DNA of 57,680 nucleotides, filler included, from Platydemus manokwari (GCA_037951405.1; 5 parts of 5 records of this genome joined end to end with filler, not necessarily neighbours in it); one strand, 5' to 3'; shown: positions 37,646 to 51,070, counted from the whole stretch's first letter. The notes: generated by a model from the letters alone, not told the origin. Translations and numbers: made by a program.

Positions 37646-37913
37646 CAGGAGTCTCCAAAGTACGGCCCGCCAAGCTTACTATGAAACACACGAACAATAA
37701 ACAATAGTAGTCACAGAAGAAAACGAAGCAGATCGAGAGATCGACATGCCAATGAAACATAATAAAATCGATAATATTTAGTAATATGATAATCGCGGTA
37801 TTTTTAATGATGTTTCAGGATAATTAATAAAAAATATTTTGGCTAATTTGAACTTTTTGTAAACCTATCATAGTTTTGGCCCTCCATTTCCTGAAAAAGT
37901 TTGGAGACCCCTG
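37646..37913 (+). mobile_element. Complete 268-bp non-autonomous hAT element (MITE) carrying a captured host-exon fragment
   Basis: TIRs CAGGAGTCTCCAAAGT and AGTTTGGAGACCCCTG; perfect 8-bp TSD ATAAAGAT at 37638-37645 and 37914-37921. Internal 37699-37772 copies 37048-37129. Confidence 0.93.
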
Positions 37914-38244
37914 ATAAAGATCATTTAAACAATTTTTCCTTTAAAAATTATTATAAAATTATTCTTAACACATTTTAATTATTTTTAAAATAAATTATTT
38001 TTTTCAAATTTTGAGAGCTTACAACAATTGTCTGAACAAAATAACTATTAAATATTTTTAATATGGTAAATTAAAAATATTTTTGTAAATTATTAAATTT
38101 AATTTAATAATTTAAATATAAAATTATTTTATTTAATTTTTAAACCTCACAAGTACGACGAAATTTTATTAGCATAACATTCTAACGAATAGTTTATCGA
38201 TCTATCGAGAATTAAAAGATGTCTTATTATACCTATATGGCAAT

Positions 38245-38760
38245 GATGAGTAAAATTTTGTTTTTATAACCCGTCCAAAGCTATCTCGATAGCTGTGTAG
38301 TTGCTTTAAACTTATCTAAGCTCCACTTTATTATCTCCCATCTTCTTTTTTTAACCATAGAGGTGTCTCGCCAACTAGTTGGGCACACTTGAATGTTCTC
38401 CTGAAGGGTCTAGCCGTCCACAATAGAATTGTATCTTGAAGTGTATGTTAAAATCCGATTTATTGTTAATAAACTTATAGTATTGAATTCGTTTATTTAA
38501 CAATTTATTTTCATATTTTTCAGGATAAGCTCATAATTTACCTGTCTATTTATATCTTAACTATTATCTTTATTATCTTAAGAGAGTGATTCGAACACTT
38601 CCTACGTATCTGATTCGAGTGAATTCTGTTGGGAACAAAATCGAAACCTACTCTTATATTTTTAATCAATTCTATAGTTATATTCATCGTTCATTTATAA
38701 CACCAAAATTTCAATTTAATTTCATTTAAAATTAGACCTTACCATCATAAACCCCAACAT
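38245..38760 (-). pseudogene. Decayed ORF with a BIR-like Cys/His motif, homologous to 50621-51070
   Basis: FWCYK*TMNITIELIKNIRVGFDFVPNRIHSNQIRRKC, with a stop at the second-Cys position. The tail AIEIAL..TH is shared with the 50.6 kb copy. Confidence 0.45.
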
Positions 38761-40599
38761 ATCATCTGTGGATTGGTTCTCATTCAAATAAAGGATTCAC
38801 TTCTACCAAATAATTAGAAATAATCGCTAAGATCTAACTAGCTTCAATGCTTGACGTAAAAACAAGACCTTTATCACCCTCATCATTAATTTTTATGGCT
38901 GACCCATAATCCTAAATAAATATTCGAAAAAAGATCAATGCTTATTTGTTTATTGTTAATCAACTTGTATTCACAAACCATTTGCTATTGTTGATTTATA
39001 ATTGAAATGTGAATTATCAGGTTACCATGACAACTAGCAGGTAATATATAGTAACAATATGAAAGGTGTTATAGACTTTTTATTGGTTTACAAATTAAAT
39101 AACAAAACTAAATTAACCTTATAAGAGTATGAAAGATTGGACAGTAAGCACTTAAAATATCTTGGAAGTAAACCGAAAGAATTAGAATATCCGTATATTT
39201 TAAAACTATTTCACAAAGTCTCTGGCCACTTTTATTCACCATTGGTAGCCTTGTATATACAGAGGCAGTACCACGCCTTGTAACCTATTCGAGACTCATT
39301 CAATATTTATGTCATTGATATCATTTGTTCCGAGCGAATAAAATTTGCTGCTTGCTTTTTCGTTATACATTATATTATTATTATTATTCATTTTGATTAT
39401 TAAAATTAAATCCAATTTTACGTAACCTTATTTATCCTACTAGTTAAATATTGATGAAATTTAATCACTATCAACCGTTAGAAAATTTCAATTAAATACT
39501 TCTTCGACACTAGGTATTGTGGACACTTTTTGTTTCACAAAAAATTCATAGTTCAATCATATTTTACAAACCCATTGTTAAGGTCAAAAATCAGAAGAAA
39601 CTAAAATTATCCTGATATGTCTTACGAAGTAGTTCTAAAATTACAAACATAAATCCTGGCACAGAAATTTATTCTTAAAATGGAAATTTCTGAAATTAAA
39701 AGAAGTGGAATAAGAAGTTATCAGTTATTAGCCGTAAAAAAACGCACATCAAAATAATATAATAAAATTAATAATAAATAACTTAGAAAAAAATTTTTAC
39801 AAAGAAATTAGTTAATGAAGAACAAAAAGAAGTAGAACTTTTGGAATAAGAAATAAATAACTTACAGAAAATTGATTAACAAAACTAAATTTTATAAAAT
39901 CAAAAATAGAAAATTGTCTTAATGTAGGACTGTTGATCTAGACAACTAAATGCAAAGCATATTAATAATCATAATTAATATTAACGAATAATATTAATTT
40001 TCAAAATTTTCAAATAATCGTGCCAACGAGGTAAATCACCTTGACAATATAATAATTAGTATGGTAAAGATAACAAATGACTTATTAAATGTATTAACAA
40101 GTAGTATATAAAATAAAAACCCCTATTATATTTTCACACAATAATTTCACAGCAAATTCGTATTTCTTATGAGACTGTATTCGAACTTGTATTCGATAAT
40201 TCATTGAAAAAATTTATTCTTGCGTATTTGGATCAATTGTTTCATTATCAGATTTCATAAAACATGGTAAATTATTTACATTTTTAGTTCATTAAATTAA
40301 TATCAATCTCCGGTAGGACATTATTTACCAATTTGCAAATAATCATTCTACAAAGTCCAACAGGAGCCATAAAATCCAAAATCCTATTGTTTTACATCAA
40401 AGCAGATCGGTACTTAGTTCCTTTCGACGATTTTTCAATCGCCATAGTCCGAAGATTACAACACTTCTTACTTTTAATATTTTTGTGGTCCATAAGAATC
40501 GAAAGTTGAAATCTGTATTGCATTGGACAGTAATAATCATCAAATACACAAATTACTCTAAAATCCAACAAAACTCCATAAAACATTATAGAAACAACG

Positions 40600-40900
40600 A
40601 TATTAACTGGCTGTTGGTCATACTTACATCGGTATTTATATTTGAGATTTGTAAGTAGTTCGTGTATCCCGTTTTGATGTGATCTTTAATTTCTCAAGTT
40701 CCGATTGTATTTATCGATTTTGTGTACTCGGCATTGGTCAATTCCTATCTGTGTATTACTGTGAGGCCATTATTCGAATTAGAATTTTCTGTCTGTATGG
40801 TTATGTAGGTATGCAAATGCTTAAAATACTAAAATAATGGTTCCAAGGTTTATTCGTTTTTCTTTTGTGAGAATTCATCTTTACTCAACAATATTTTAAA
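40600..40900 (-). pseudogene. Further copy of the Cys-containing ORF family
   Basis: LSKDEFSQRKTNKPWNHYFSILSICIPT*PYRQ; nucleotide similarity to 2310-2580. Confidence 0.55.
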
Positions 40901-41199
40901 TTACACATTTGTTAGTTTCAAATTGATTCAAACCTTTAATAATTTATATTGGCTAGAAGCCGATAATTGATTTTTCCACCAAGGATCTGTGGACTAACAT
41001 ATAATTGAATGACTGCTTCTAATATAAATAAATAACAATACAGTATAATACTTTTATTGATAATGCGTCGTGACCACAAGAATGAAAAATTGACCGAGGG
41101 TACTTTGGCGATATACTTCGATATAAACACTAAAGAAATATATGATTTTTTATACCAACAAATTCTAATCAAAATCTATAGAGGACGCGATTAATATGT

Positions 41200-41744
41200 C
41201 TCAGCTAATCTCCTGTCGGGGATTGATGAGAGTGAACCAATAAAAATGGCAATAATAATAAATTAATTTAAAATTAATGAAGATGAAAATATATAACGTG
41301 TTTTGATCCTGACTGAATTATGGATGTATAATTTAAAACTGATCCTGGCTGAGTTGCAATGGTTAAATTGAAATTAATCCTGATATATTCCAAATGTGAG
41401 GAGAAATTTTGTCCAAATGAATGCTGATTACTTTTATACTAGTACAGATTGTGGGCTTTTGTAAGAGTTATTACTCATTTTACATTCTCTATAAAAATTC
41501 CCTAGGTTTCCATGGTGATTTGAAATTTAATATCGAATCACTATGATTAAGCATACTGTTTCCAAGGTGATATGAACTAATCATGGTGACTAATTTATTT
41601 TTATGAAATCTTATTGTCGCCCACAATGCGATTTTATATTTGTAAAATGTCTTATACCAATTTATAATAATGTATACTTTATTTATCATTATTATACTCT
41701 ATTATATATATATATAATGAAAGAGTAAGTAAGTAGATCCAACA
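41200..41744 (-). mobile_element. LTR 5' (U3) portion
   Basis: Starts TGTTGGATC on the minus strand and carries a cluster of palindromic CACCATGG-type motifs (41506-41590) like those at 13937-14032. The left boundary is approximate. Confidence 0.45.
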
Positions 41745-41997
41745 AGCACACCTAATTATCTATTATTTGCCAGATCCTCCGTGGAAATCTCAATTATCTA
41801 TTCCAAACTTTCCGTTTTAATGATTTCTTAAATCCTTGATAATAAATTCTTGATTTAAGTTAAATCATTCCCTTCATTGAATTTCCATCAGGACACTAGA
41901 ATTAAAATTCAAACAGGGTAATATTATGACACAAAGCCATAGAAATTAAAACAAAGCTGATAAAATTAAAAAAAAGAAATAATAATGATCATAAAGT

Positions 41998-43250
41998 TGT
42001 TGGATCCGCTTGACTCTAGACGCAACAAAGGCTCGTGACTTCCTCTTTAATTACCTATCTGACTCCAAAAGATAGACTAAGTTGTATTTATATTACAATG
42101 TACAAACAACGATTACACAAAAGGGCTTAACCCTTAATAAGGTTTAGTTAATCACGGAATGAATCCTCTCACAAAGTTGAGACTCTGGCCGTGGAGCTAC
42201 TCCTGGCCTATACTACGTACTAGACAGCTCAATAAAATTACGGGGCGCTCTACACTACATCTCTCTGACACAATACCGATATTCGCAATTCACTACCCCG
42301 AATATCCCAATAAATACGATATATATTTTACTTTTATTTACCAATATCAGGGATTCACTACCTACGAATATTCTACACTATAAATATAACAAAACAATAA
42401 CCTGCTCCTTGGTTCGCTAATCAATAGTTTCCTTGCAAAAATTTCTTCTTAAATTTTCCTGGCAAAAATCTTCTAATTTCTCGATGCAATAATCTGCTTA
42501 ATTCTTCTGGTAAAATTTCGTCTATCTTGAATTTTCTTCAATGTCTGTCGTTTTTCCTCTCTAAGTAAAATCTTCTGTCTGTTAAAATTTTCTGGCAAAA
42601 TTCTAGTTCTGTTAACTTTTTTTCTACTGAAATTCTGGCTTGCTTGTTTGGCTCTTCTTTAATAATGGTAATTTTCTCACTAGACTGCACTGTTCAAACT
42701 GTTATCTGGTTTCTCTGTTTTAAACCGTAATTTCTCTACTGTGTCGGTGTTTCTGGCGAAAATTATGGCAGTCAGCAACTGAGTGCCTTCACCTTTATAC
42801 TGCATCACTGTGCAGTGAACCAATTAACCACCACCTCGTGCTGGTTAACCACCAATTCGATGAATTGATGTTGTTTTGTCCTAAAATCGGTCGAAACCAT
42901 TTCGCCGATTGACTATCTTCCAGTCAGGCCAAAGTCCATTTTCCCACCAACTTCACTAGTTGGTACTTTGGTCCTGACAATATTCGAAATTCACGACCAT
43001 TTCCGACCTCGGAAATTGGTTTCTATTTTTAAATAAATGATTCAGTCAAACAAACCGAATTATTTAATAATTAATTTTATTCTTTATTTTTAATATTATT
43101 ATGCATAAATATTTATATTTCGAAAGAAATAATTTTATTTTAATAATTATTATTCTATTTTAGCTTTATTTATATATTTTCACATTTAGATAATTTCAAT
43201 TCAAACTCCTATAATCCCTTTTTTAATCAATCAATTTTTGTTATTTCTTT
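41998..43250 (-). mobile_element. Probable solo or 3' LTR
   Basis: On the minus strand: an AT-rich U3, the TATA-like GTATAAAGG (~42800), repeated TTTTGCCAGAAAA-like motifs, a hairpin-rich tail, and an end at ..GGATCCAACA (41998). Confidence 0.5.
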
Positions 43251-44399
43251 TCATTAACTATATCTAATTGGTTGGCTCTTCAAAGTAAACGAAAAACCAG
43301 CAAAAGTATCAGAAGAACAAACAAAGACTCTCAACAAAGTGTAATGGGCCGAACAAAAATCAAACATTAAAAAATAATCAAAAATATGACAAAACCAAAA
43401 AGACAGAAAGAACAAAGAACCGCAAAATACTCTCACATAAATAATTAATCAAACTCAAATTTAGATTGATTTTGTACCCAAGAAATTTTCACACCATAAT
43501 CCTTGTAATATGGCAGCCCATTATAAGTCATATTATTATATTATATTACAAGGATGATCTATTATCAGTACTTTGTTTTATATTGTGAATTTCTCAGACT
43601 ATATTTATAGAATCTAATTATTCCATTGCTCGTTTCGTTTCCCAAAAGGCCGTGAAAACGGTTTTGTGACATGGCATTAATTATTCAAATCTCTCTAACT
43701 CACATCATCTGCCATTTATTACTTTTTTTAACTGTAAAGATTTTGTCAGGACATTTTAGGTAGTACTGTTGACAATCGACTATATTGAGATATATGAACT
43801 TGAATATTTGCTAAATTTTTCAAAATATTGTGTGTAATTTGCTATTTATGAATATATCTTCTATAAATATTTATTGTTGGTTTTTTCACATGATTATTTG
43901 TGTATATCGAGCCTTCACTACTTTATACCTTTGAGGGGTTCGAGTCTAATCAATCAGTTGGTCAATTCTATAAATAGACAATCTTTGTATAATAACATGC
44001 ATTAGGACTCTTAATAAACTTCTAGTTATAATTTTATGATTTTGGTCATTGTGAGATATTTTAAATGAAATAAATTTTTAATTCAAATTTAATTCTAATT
44101 TTATATAAAATCTTATTTATATAAAATTTGTGATGTCTTGACTTTTTAGTTCGTTTTTAATGTGTGGTTTTTAAAATAGTTGCGGCTAACAGTCATAATG
44201 GTTTTATGGGTTTTTGTTAAAAGAAATTTTAGTTTAATAATATTCTAAATCTTTGAAAGATTAAGAATTAATTATAACTATAAATAAGTATAACAAACAT
44301 CTCTTAATAAAGTACATGTTATTAGAAAAAGTTGTAAATCATTTTATAAGCAATCTATTTTATCGATGTTTTATTAATTTACTTTTCAGCGTATTTTTA

Positions 44400-44910
44400 T
44401 CATTTATTGTAAAACGTCTATGAAAGGAAAAGCAAGTTGATTTATTAATAATATGGACGAATAGAAACCAACTACCAATTATTCTTACCCTATTATTTCC
44501 GTATGACAATAAAATAACAACAAAATGCTTTTGTTTAATCAATAGAAATAAAACATCCAAAGCCATTTATAATTCAAGAACCCAAGTGAAAACCCAGTAT
44601 AAATATGCTTGTAAACATCAGGAGCTTGCTCTCATTTGAAACTTCTATTAAATTATCCATTAATAAAACACCTATTGTCAAAGCTATCAAGGTTCGAGAA
44701 TTCGATTATACGTAGGACGATTAAGCTGTTGGACAACAACTATTTTCCCAATATATTACTGGAAGAAAGAATATTTTATTCTTTACCAATTGTCAATTTG
44801 CGATATTTGTCATTGCCATACATTCCTGTCGGAGGATCGTTTTATAAAATCAATATTCGTTTATCTATATTATCATATTTTTATTTATCGAGCTCTACTC
44901 AATCTTGAAT
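44400..44910 (+). mobile_element. Possible Penelope-like RT C-terminal relic
   Basis: IKLLDNNYFPNILL...RYLSLPYIP resembles the L..N.YP...YISLPYI motif between RT and GIY-YIG in Penelope-like elements. Confidence 0.4.
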
Positions 44911-45978
44911 TTTATTTTGCTCCAATATGTCACAGACTTTTCTGAGAAGTTATAAGTTGGTTTGTCGTGAAAAATCCGATTGTAAAATAATTTTATATGA
45001 CGTATTTTTATCACAGTAATTTGGTGTGTAAAATATATATTTTATAAATTTTCACCGTTGAACAGTGTCGATAATAGTGTTCACTTATTTATTACATAAA
45101 GCTTCGTCGTCATTGTCAACATTTATTACCAGTTATTACGCAATATCGGGAGTTTTTATAGATATTTTAAAGAGACATAAAACATAATCTTCATATTATC
45201 GCTAGAGTGCAAGGCGAAAGAAGACCATGCATATTTAATTCACCAGGATCTAATATTGACCTCACAGAGACAGATAGTAAAACAAAAGTTGTGTCAACAA
45301 TGAAATCGAAATTGATTAATAAAAATTCTAAAAAACCCGAACGTATCGCATCGGAGAAATTTAACAAGAGTCAATTCTAATAATGGTCATAAGTGTTGAA
45401 TAACTTTGTTCATTAGGAGACATTTTGATACCAAATCGTTAGTGATGGTCTTCGATGTAGACCAAGTGTTAAAATCCTAAGAGAGTTAACAAAATGTTTA
45501 GATTGTTTGATAAGTTCACCCATAAATCATATTTTAATATATAGTAACAAAATTAATATAAATATAAATAGTTATTAGGATTATGTGGGCTTTAAAGATG
45601 TATTTATTTGTAGACATTTATCGATAATACCTATTAAACCTTCAAATTAAATGTGAGAAATTAAAATTAATGATTATATGATAACTCACTGGGAATATGA
45701 GACTTCAGAAATTAGCTTGAGTTATAAATCGATTTTAGTTAGTTAGGGCTTATTATTTTTCCTGTCAGATGATTCGATAGCAACTGATTCTGACTTAGTA
45801 TTGTTGGGTATTAGAAGCCTATTCTATATAGAAATAAATATAAACAATAATAAATACAAAAGTTTTTCTAAAAATAAACCAAAAATAAAAATATTATTAA
45901 TAAAATATCATACCAGAAAGATGAGATCAAAAACCAAGAAGATAATAATAATAGACTAAATTAAATATAAATTAGAAA

Positions 45979-46078
45979 NNNNNNNNNNNNNNNNNNNNNN
46001 NNNNNNNNNNNNNNNNNNNNNNTTAATTAATTAANNNNNNNNNNNNNNNNNNNNNNNNNNNNNNNNNNNNNNNNNNNN
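45979..46078. other. Assembly linker or gap
   Basis: 44 N + TTAATTAATTAA + 44 N. Confidence 0.98.
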
Positions 46079-49000
46079 CAATTAAATTTATTCATTGAAA
46101 TACAAATTTTAACTCATTTTTGTAAAAGCCGGAATCATACTAATACACCTAATACATAAAATAAGCATGTAAAAGATTAATATTAATATTCAACTCGTGT
46201 CTGACTCCAAAGGCGTAGTAATAGAAACGATAAAAAACAATAATTTTAATCAAAATAAATGGAAATATATTATTCGATGAGAAATAATCAGGTTTCTTAA
46301 GTAAAGTTGTTTTATTAGATGCTATTGTTTTATGCTTTATTTTTCATAGTCCCATGTGCGAAGAGCTGCAAGGTCCTCAAATTTTAGTTTAAGATAGTTA
46401 GGACCTACAAAATCCGGCGACTATACAGTTAACCGATAAAGGTTAAACGAGTTTAGATTCTTACTGAAGGAATGATTGGATGAGGTTCAAGGCACTTAAT
46501 TAAAATTGGTAAATGATTTGACTTTAAAAAATAAAAAACTTGTTTTACTAATTAAGATAATAATTTCTCCGTTGTCTACTTATTATTTCCTGTAAGGAAC
46601 TTCTTAAATAGGAGTCCTTGGTTTGACTGTTGGAATAATTGTTTTCATAGTATAATAACCACTTAATAATAATCTGTAAGCGTTTGTAGCTTTCTGTTTG
46701 AAATAATCGAGAGATTAAAATAATTGTGGACTTTTTGTTGTAAAACAACAATAGGTTTATGGTTAAATCCTTGTGGGCGTTTATTGACTATTGTTTTTCT
46801 TTTTATATTGTGTCTTTTCTTCTTTTTATATTATTATTAATCTTTATTAGTTTTATATTTTATTTTTAGATTCCTGCACATTTTAGTTATAATTTCGGTA
46901 ACCTATAATTATTTTATCTATTTTTGGAAGGTTTTAATGTGTGGATTTTGAAAAATGTATATACTTTTATTGTCATTCATCTTGGAGTATTTCGGCACCC
47001 AACAACATTAATGAAAAATATTGATCTGGAATTCGTTAATCCAAAAACGAAATGAACATCAGAGACAATTTAACAATGCGTATCGAATGTTCAATATCAG
47101 ATGGTGTTTATATACACTTTGGTATTGACATTCACAACTCTAATATTGTTTATCTAGTTTTGAAACTGATAATATACAGCATGGTTTTGCTTTATAATCC
47201 CGGTGGGGAAATTCAAATTTCAAATTTTTCAAATTTTTCAATTTTTTCCATATAATAATGCACTCCAGAAGTATGGGTATTCTGAAAAATTGAACATATT
47301 CTAGAGATTCATTTCCGGTAATTCATTAGACCATATTTATGAGGTTTAAATGGAAATATTTTTTAGGGAGTTATAAATGCAGTAAAACAAATATCATGAA
47401 TAATTTTTATCGATTAATGTTGAAAAAAATTTGTTCTAAATTAGATTTGTTGAACAGAAACACGGTACGTTAAGCGAATAATTAAACGCTATAATAATAT
47501 CTATACGACTAAATAAAATTATATTTTGTAACAACCAAAACATATGGGCTTCTCTATAGAAATAGATCAACCCAAAGAACCGTAATATTTTAAAAGTAAT
47601 AATAAGTAATATAAATACATATATGTGCAATGCGCAAATGTGCGTGTGAATATATCACAATGAGGCTAAAATCAATAACATAACAAAATAAAAATAAAAT
47701 ATTAAAAAAAATATGATAAGATTTTATTTAACTCGGTGATTCATTGAGAATGGCGATGCAAATCATTGATAAAACTAGACAGTTTGATGAAATAGATATC
47801 AACAAATAAATGATAAATAATAAATTACCTTTATCGGGGATAATATTTCCATTGGAAACACAATATAATTACGCCACTAAGATATTAAATGTGGATGAAA
47901 TTGATTTGGTTGTTTTAGCAACAATTGAAGATATCGATAATAGAGAATTAATTTACTAGAGCGCTTTATCGAAACGATATTGAAATAGGTTTCAATAATT
48001 TTAAAATGGCTATTTACAACCTTTGATTTTCCGATGAATGAAACCAGTAAACAAATAAGAGATTCGCTATCTTAGAGTTTTTTGAAAAATCGAGAAAAGG
48101 TCAAAAAATATTTCATATAAAGGATTTAAAGACAAGATTAATTTTAATTTATATTATTATTATTACCTTGGTATGTTATGATAAAAACGAAACTATAATC
48201 ATTGTTGTTATCACTGTTAAAACCAACTGAAAAGTCACGACAATAAATTACATTTAAACTATATTTATTTTTAAACAAACTAATATTTTATAAAACTTTG
48301 ATTTTAAGATTTAATTCATTTTAAAATTCTCGCACTCCACTTTATTTAAAATCTTTAATTTTCGATATATTCCTAATTAAATATGCATCGAATTCTCTAC
48401 ATATTTATATAAATAAAAGTTTATATTTCTCTCTTCTTCATATTTTCTGTATATTTTTCACTAAATCTTTTCTATGCTTTCACTTTACCTTATCTATATC
48501 TTCTCTATATTTTCTTTACATCTTTTTGTATATTTTCTAAATTTCCCTACTTCTATTCTACACTTTCGTGTAATAGGTCTTCATGAAATGGAATCCAAAC
48601 ACGCGGTCGCCATGTAAGTTGCTATTGTCTTATAAAGCGCACATTTAAAATAAAAACTGAACAAAATTATTTTAAAAAATTAATATTTTATAAAAATCGG
48701 GTTTTAAATTCTTTCAACTGTCGATTCATTTTAAAATCTCCCAGCTATTATTAGTGGTGACATTTGTTTTGAATTCGAGCTGAAGAGATTCACTAACAAA
48801 TACATATCAGCACGAAATTTAATCAAATTATAAAAATTTTTATTGATGACGGACATTTCTTAAAAACCAATATATTTTTTGTTTAAATTTATCATTTCTA
48901 ATTCAAAGGCATAAATGTCTTAATATTCACAACTATTGTGGTAAAGGGTTATTATCATCACATAATCTCTGAGAATTCATTGAAGGTAACTGATATTTCA

Positions 49001-49158
49001 AAAAAATTAAAAAATAATTAAAAATTCATAAAGATTTATCAAAACCTGAATATATTCGACTGTGTGTGTTAAATTCTTTATTAAAGGCCATTGTTTATTT
49101 TCACTTAATATTTACTAATATATTTTTAGCTGTTTCTGGTAAATAATAATAATAATAA

Positions 49159-50400
49159 TGTTGGGGTTCTGGCCAAACTAGTTACTTTAAAACAATTGAT
49201 TTACATTGAAATATATGTGCATGACAGTACGTATCAAATGTGTATTAGTTTTTACTGTATTAATTTTTATTTTTATTAATGTGTATTTTTATAACCTTCG
49301 CTTTCTGGAGAAAAGACCTGTTTAAAATATTGATATTTATAATAATCATTATTTATATACGTGAAATAATATTTTCAATAAAATCCCCAATTGAAAACCC
49401 GTCGAAATCTTCTAGAAAAATAAATTAATTTATAAAATATTAACACGCAATGAGATATTGCGCATTAACAGCGACAAATAAATTGTTTCTGCGCATGAAA
49501 ATTCTGTAGCAGAATAAAATATATCACTCGATTAAATTTAATCGAGAGATATTTTCTCTGCCTAATAAATTTATTCAGAGAGAATTTCTCTCACCAGTGA
49601 ATAAATTCACTGGCATTAAATTTAATCGAAGACAATATCTGCGAGTGATTCACTGCCTATATAAGGCAGTGATTACAATTAACACAGACACTATTTTTCG
49701 CCATAATTCTCGTTTACAAATTACTGCAGTTATTGTCGCTGTATGTCGTTACATCAATTGGAGAAAACCCATCTTTTAAATTCGACGCACTCAAGAAGAT
49801 CATCTGGTACAGAAGACTAGTTTCCCTGTATTTGTCCGGTATTAGCTGGAAGACCCAAAGTAAGACGATATCTATAAAAAACTTATCTATATTATATACT
49901 GTATCTTGTATTTCCTATTATAGAGTTTTTGCTCCAAAATCTTTGGTAATCGACTTTAATCCAAGAGAAGGAGGTATAAACCGCTATCATCTTGAAATTG
50001 TAAGCAGTCTTGAAAACATCTTGGTGTATAGTGTAGTTTTTTTAACATCAACTTTTAATTTATTTATTTTAAGTTTGTTAATTAGTATTGGTGTCATATT
50101 TAATAAATATTTGTAGCATTAAAACTTTAGTTTTTCTTAATCATATAGGGATCGTAAAATTATAGTTCGTAATTATTGTAAAAGAAAATATAGTTAATAG
50201 TTTAAATAGGGTTATTTTTTGAGACTGATAATTAAGTTAATTAAACGTGTCACTACTGCCACATCTATTGTCATCATACAATAAGGCTGTGCGAGGTGTA
50301 GGAACAACAGTATAAGGTAAATTACACCTGTGGCCTTAATCACGAGCTCATAGAGACTGATTAAGACAGTAGTGGTATCAAATAGAGTTAAGCAAAAGAG
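49159..50400 (+). mobile_element. LTR (U3-TATA-R/U5 leader)
   Basis: Starts TGTTGGGG, with TATA box CCTATATAAGG at ~49657-49667. Homologous to 3460-3900 (-) and 9730-10390 (+). The right boundary is approximate. Confidence 0.65.
50247..50378 (+). ncRNA. Structured cis-RNA element, copy 3
   Basis: Helices GTGTCACTACTG/CAGTAGTGGTAT, GCCAC/GTGGC, AGGTGTA/TACACCT and CTTAATCA/TGATTAAG. Confidence 0.6.
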
Positions 50401-50620
50401 TTAAGTTAAAGAAAGAAAATAGATTCAGTATTTTACACTTCAACGAAAATATTTATTATAAATAATTTTATTACGAGGATATTAGCAAATGAGGTTATTA
50501 TATCAATACTCATCAAAAAATTATTGTCATTACCAGTTATTATAATCATGAAGTGAATTTATTATACGAAGATAGTTCAAGGAAACCTTATTTCCATTCC
50601 CATTTATTTTTCTCCGACTA

Positions 50621-51070
50621 TGATGAGTAAATTTCATTTTTATTATTATGTGCCCACAGCTATTTCAACAGCAAATTTATGTTATTGGATTTTTACAATC
50701 ACCACTAACCATTTATAGTCTAAATCTTACCTTTATTATTATCGGAAGTATGATTCCCACATATCTGAAAGGAACAGATATTATTCAGAACTAAACCACG
50801 GTCTTCACTATATTCGCTAATTTGTTATCAATCTCCGGTTGTCTTGTATCGTTTATCACATAACAACAAAATTTTCATTCTTTTCCATCTATACTTTTTA
50901 TAAAATTCCAATTATACAAACGATAATAGAACACCTCCTAATTTTCTGAAAAGATTAAACCAAACTGGGAATTAAAATCACAACCTTCATTTGTTTCTTT
51001 CTCGATACTCGAATAACACCAAGCCTTCGATTTTTATTCAAATTTATTTTATAATAACCCATCGCATGGT
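50621..51070 (-). pseudogene. Antisense BIR-like ORF relic
   Basis: AMGYYKINLNK / KAWCYSSIEKETNEGCDFNSQ / QKIRRC (frameshifted); homologous to 38245-38760. Confidence 0.45.
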
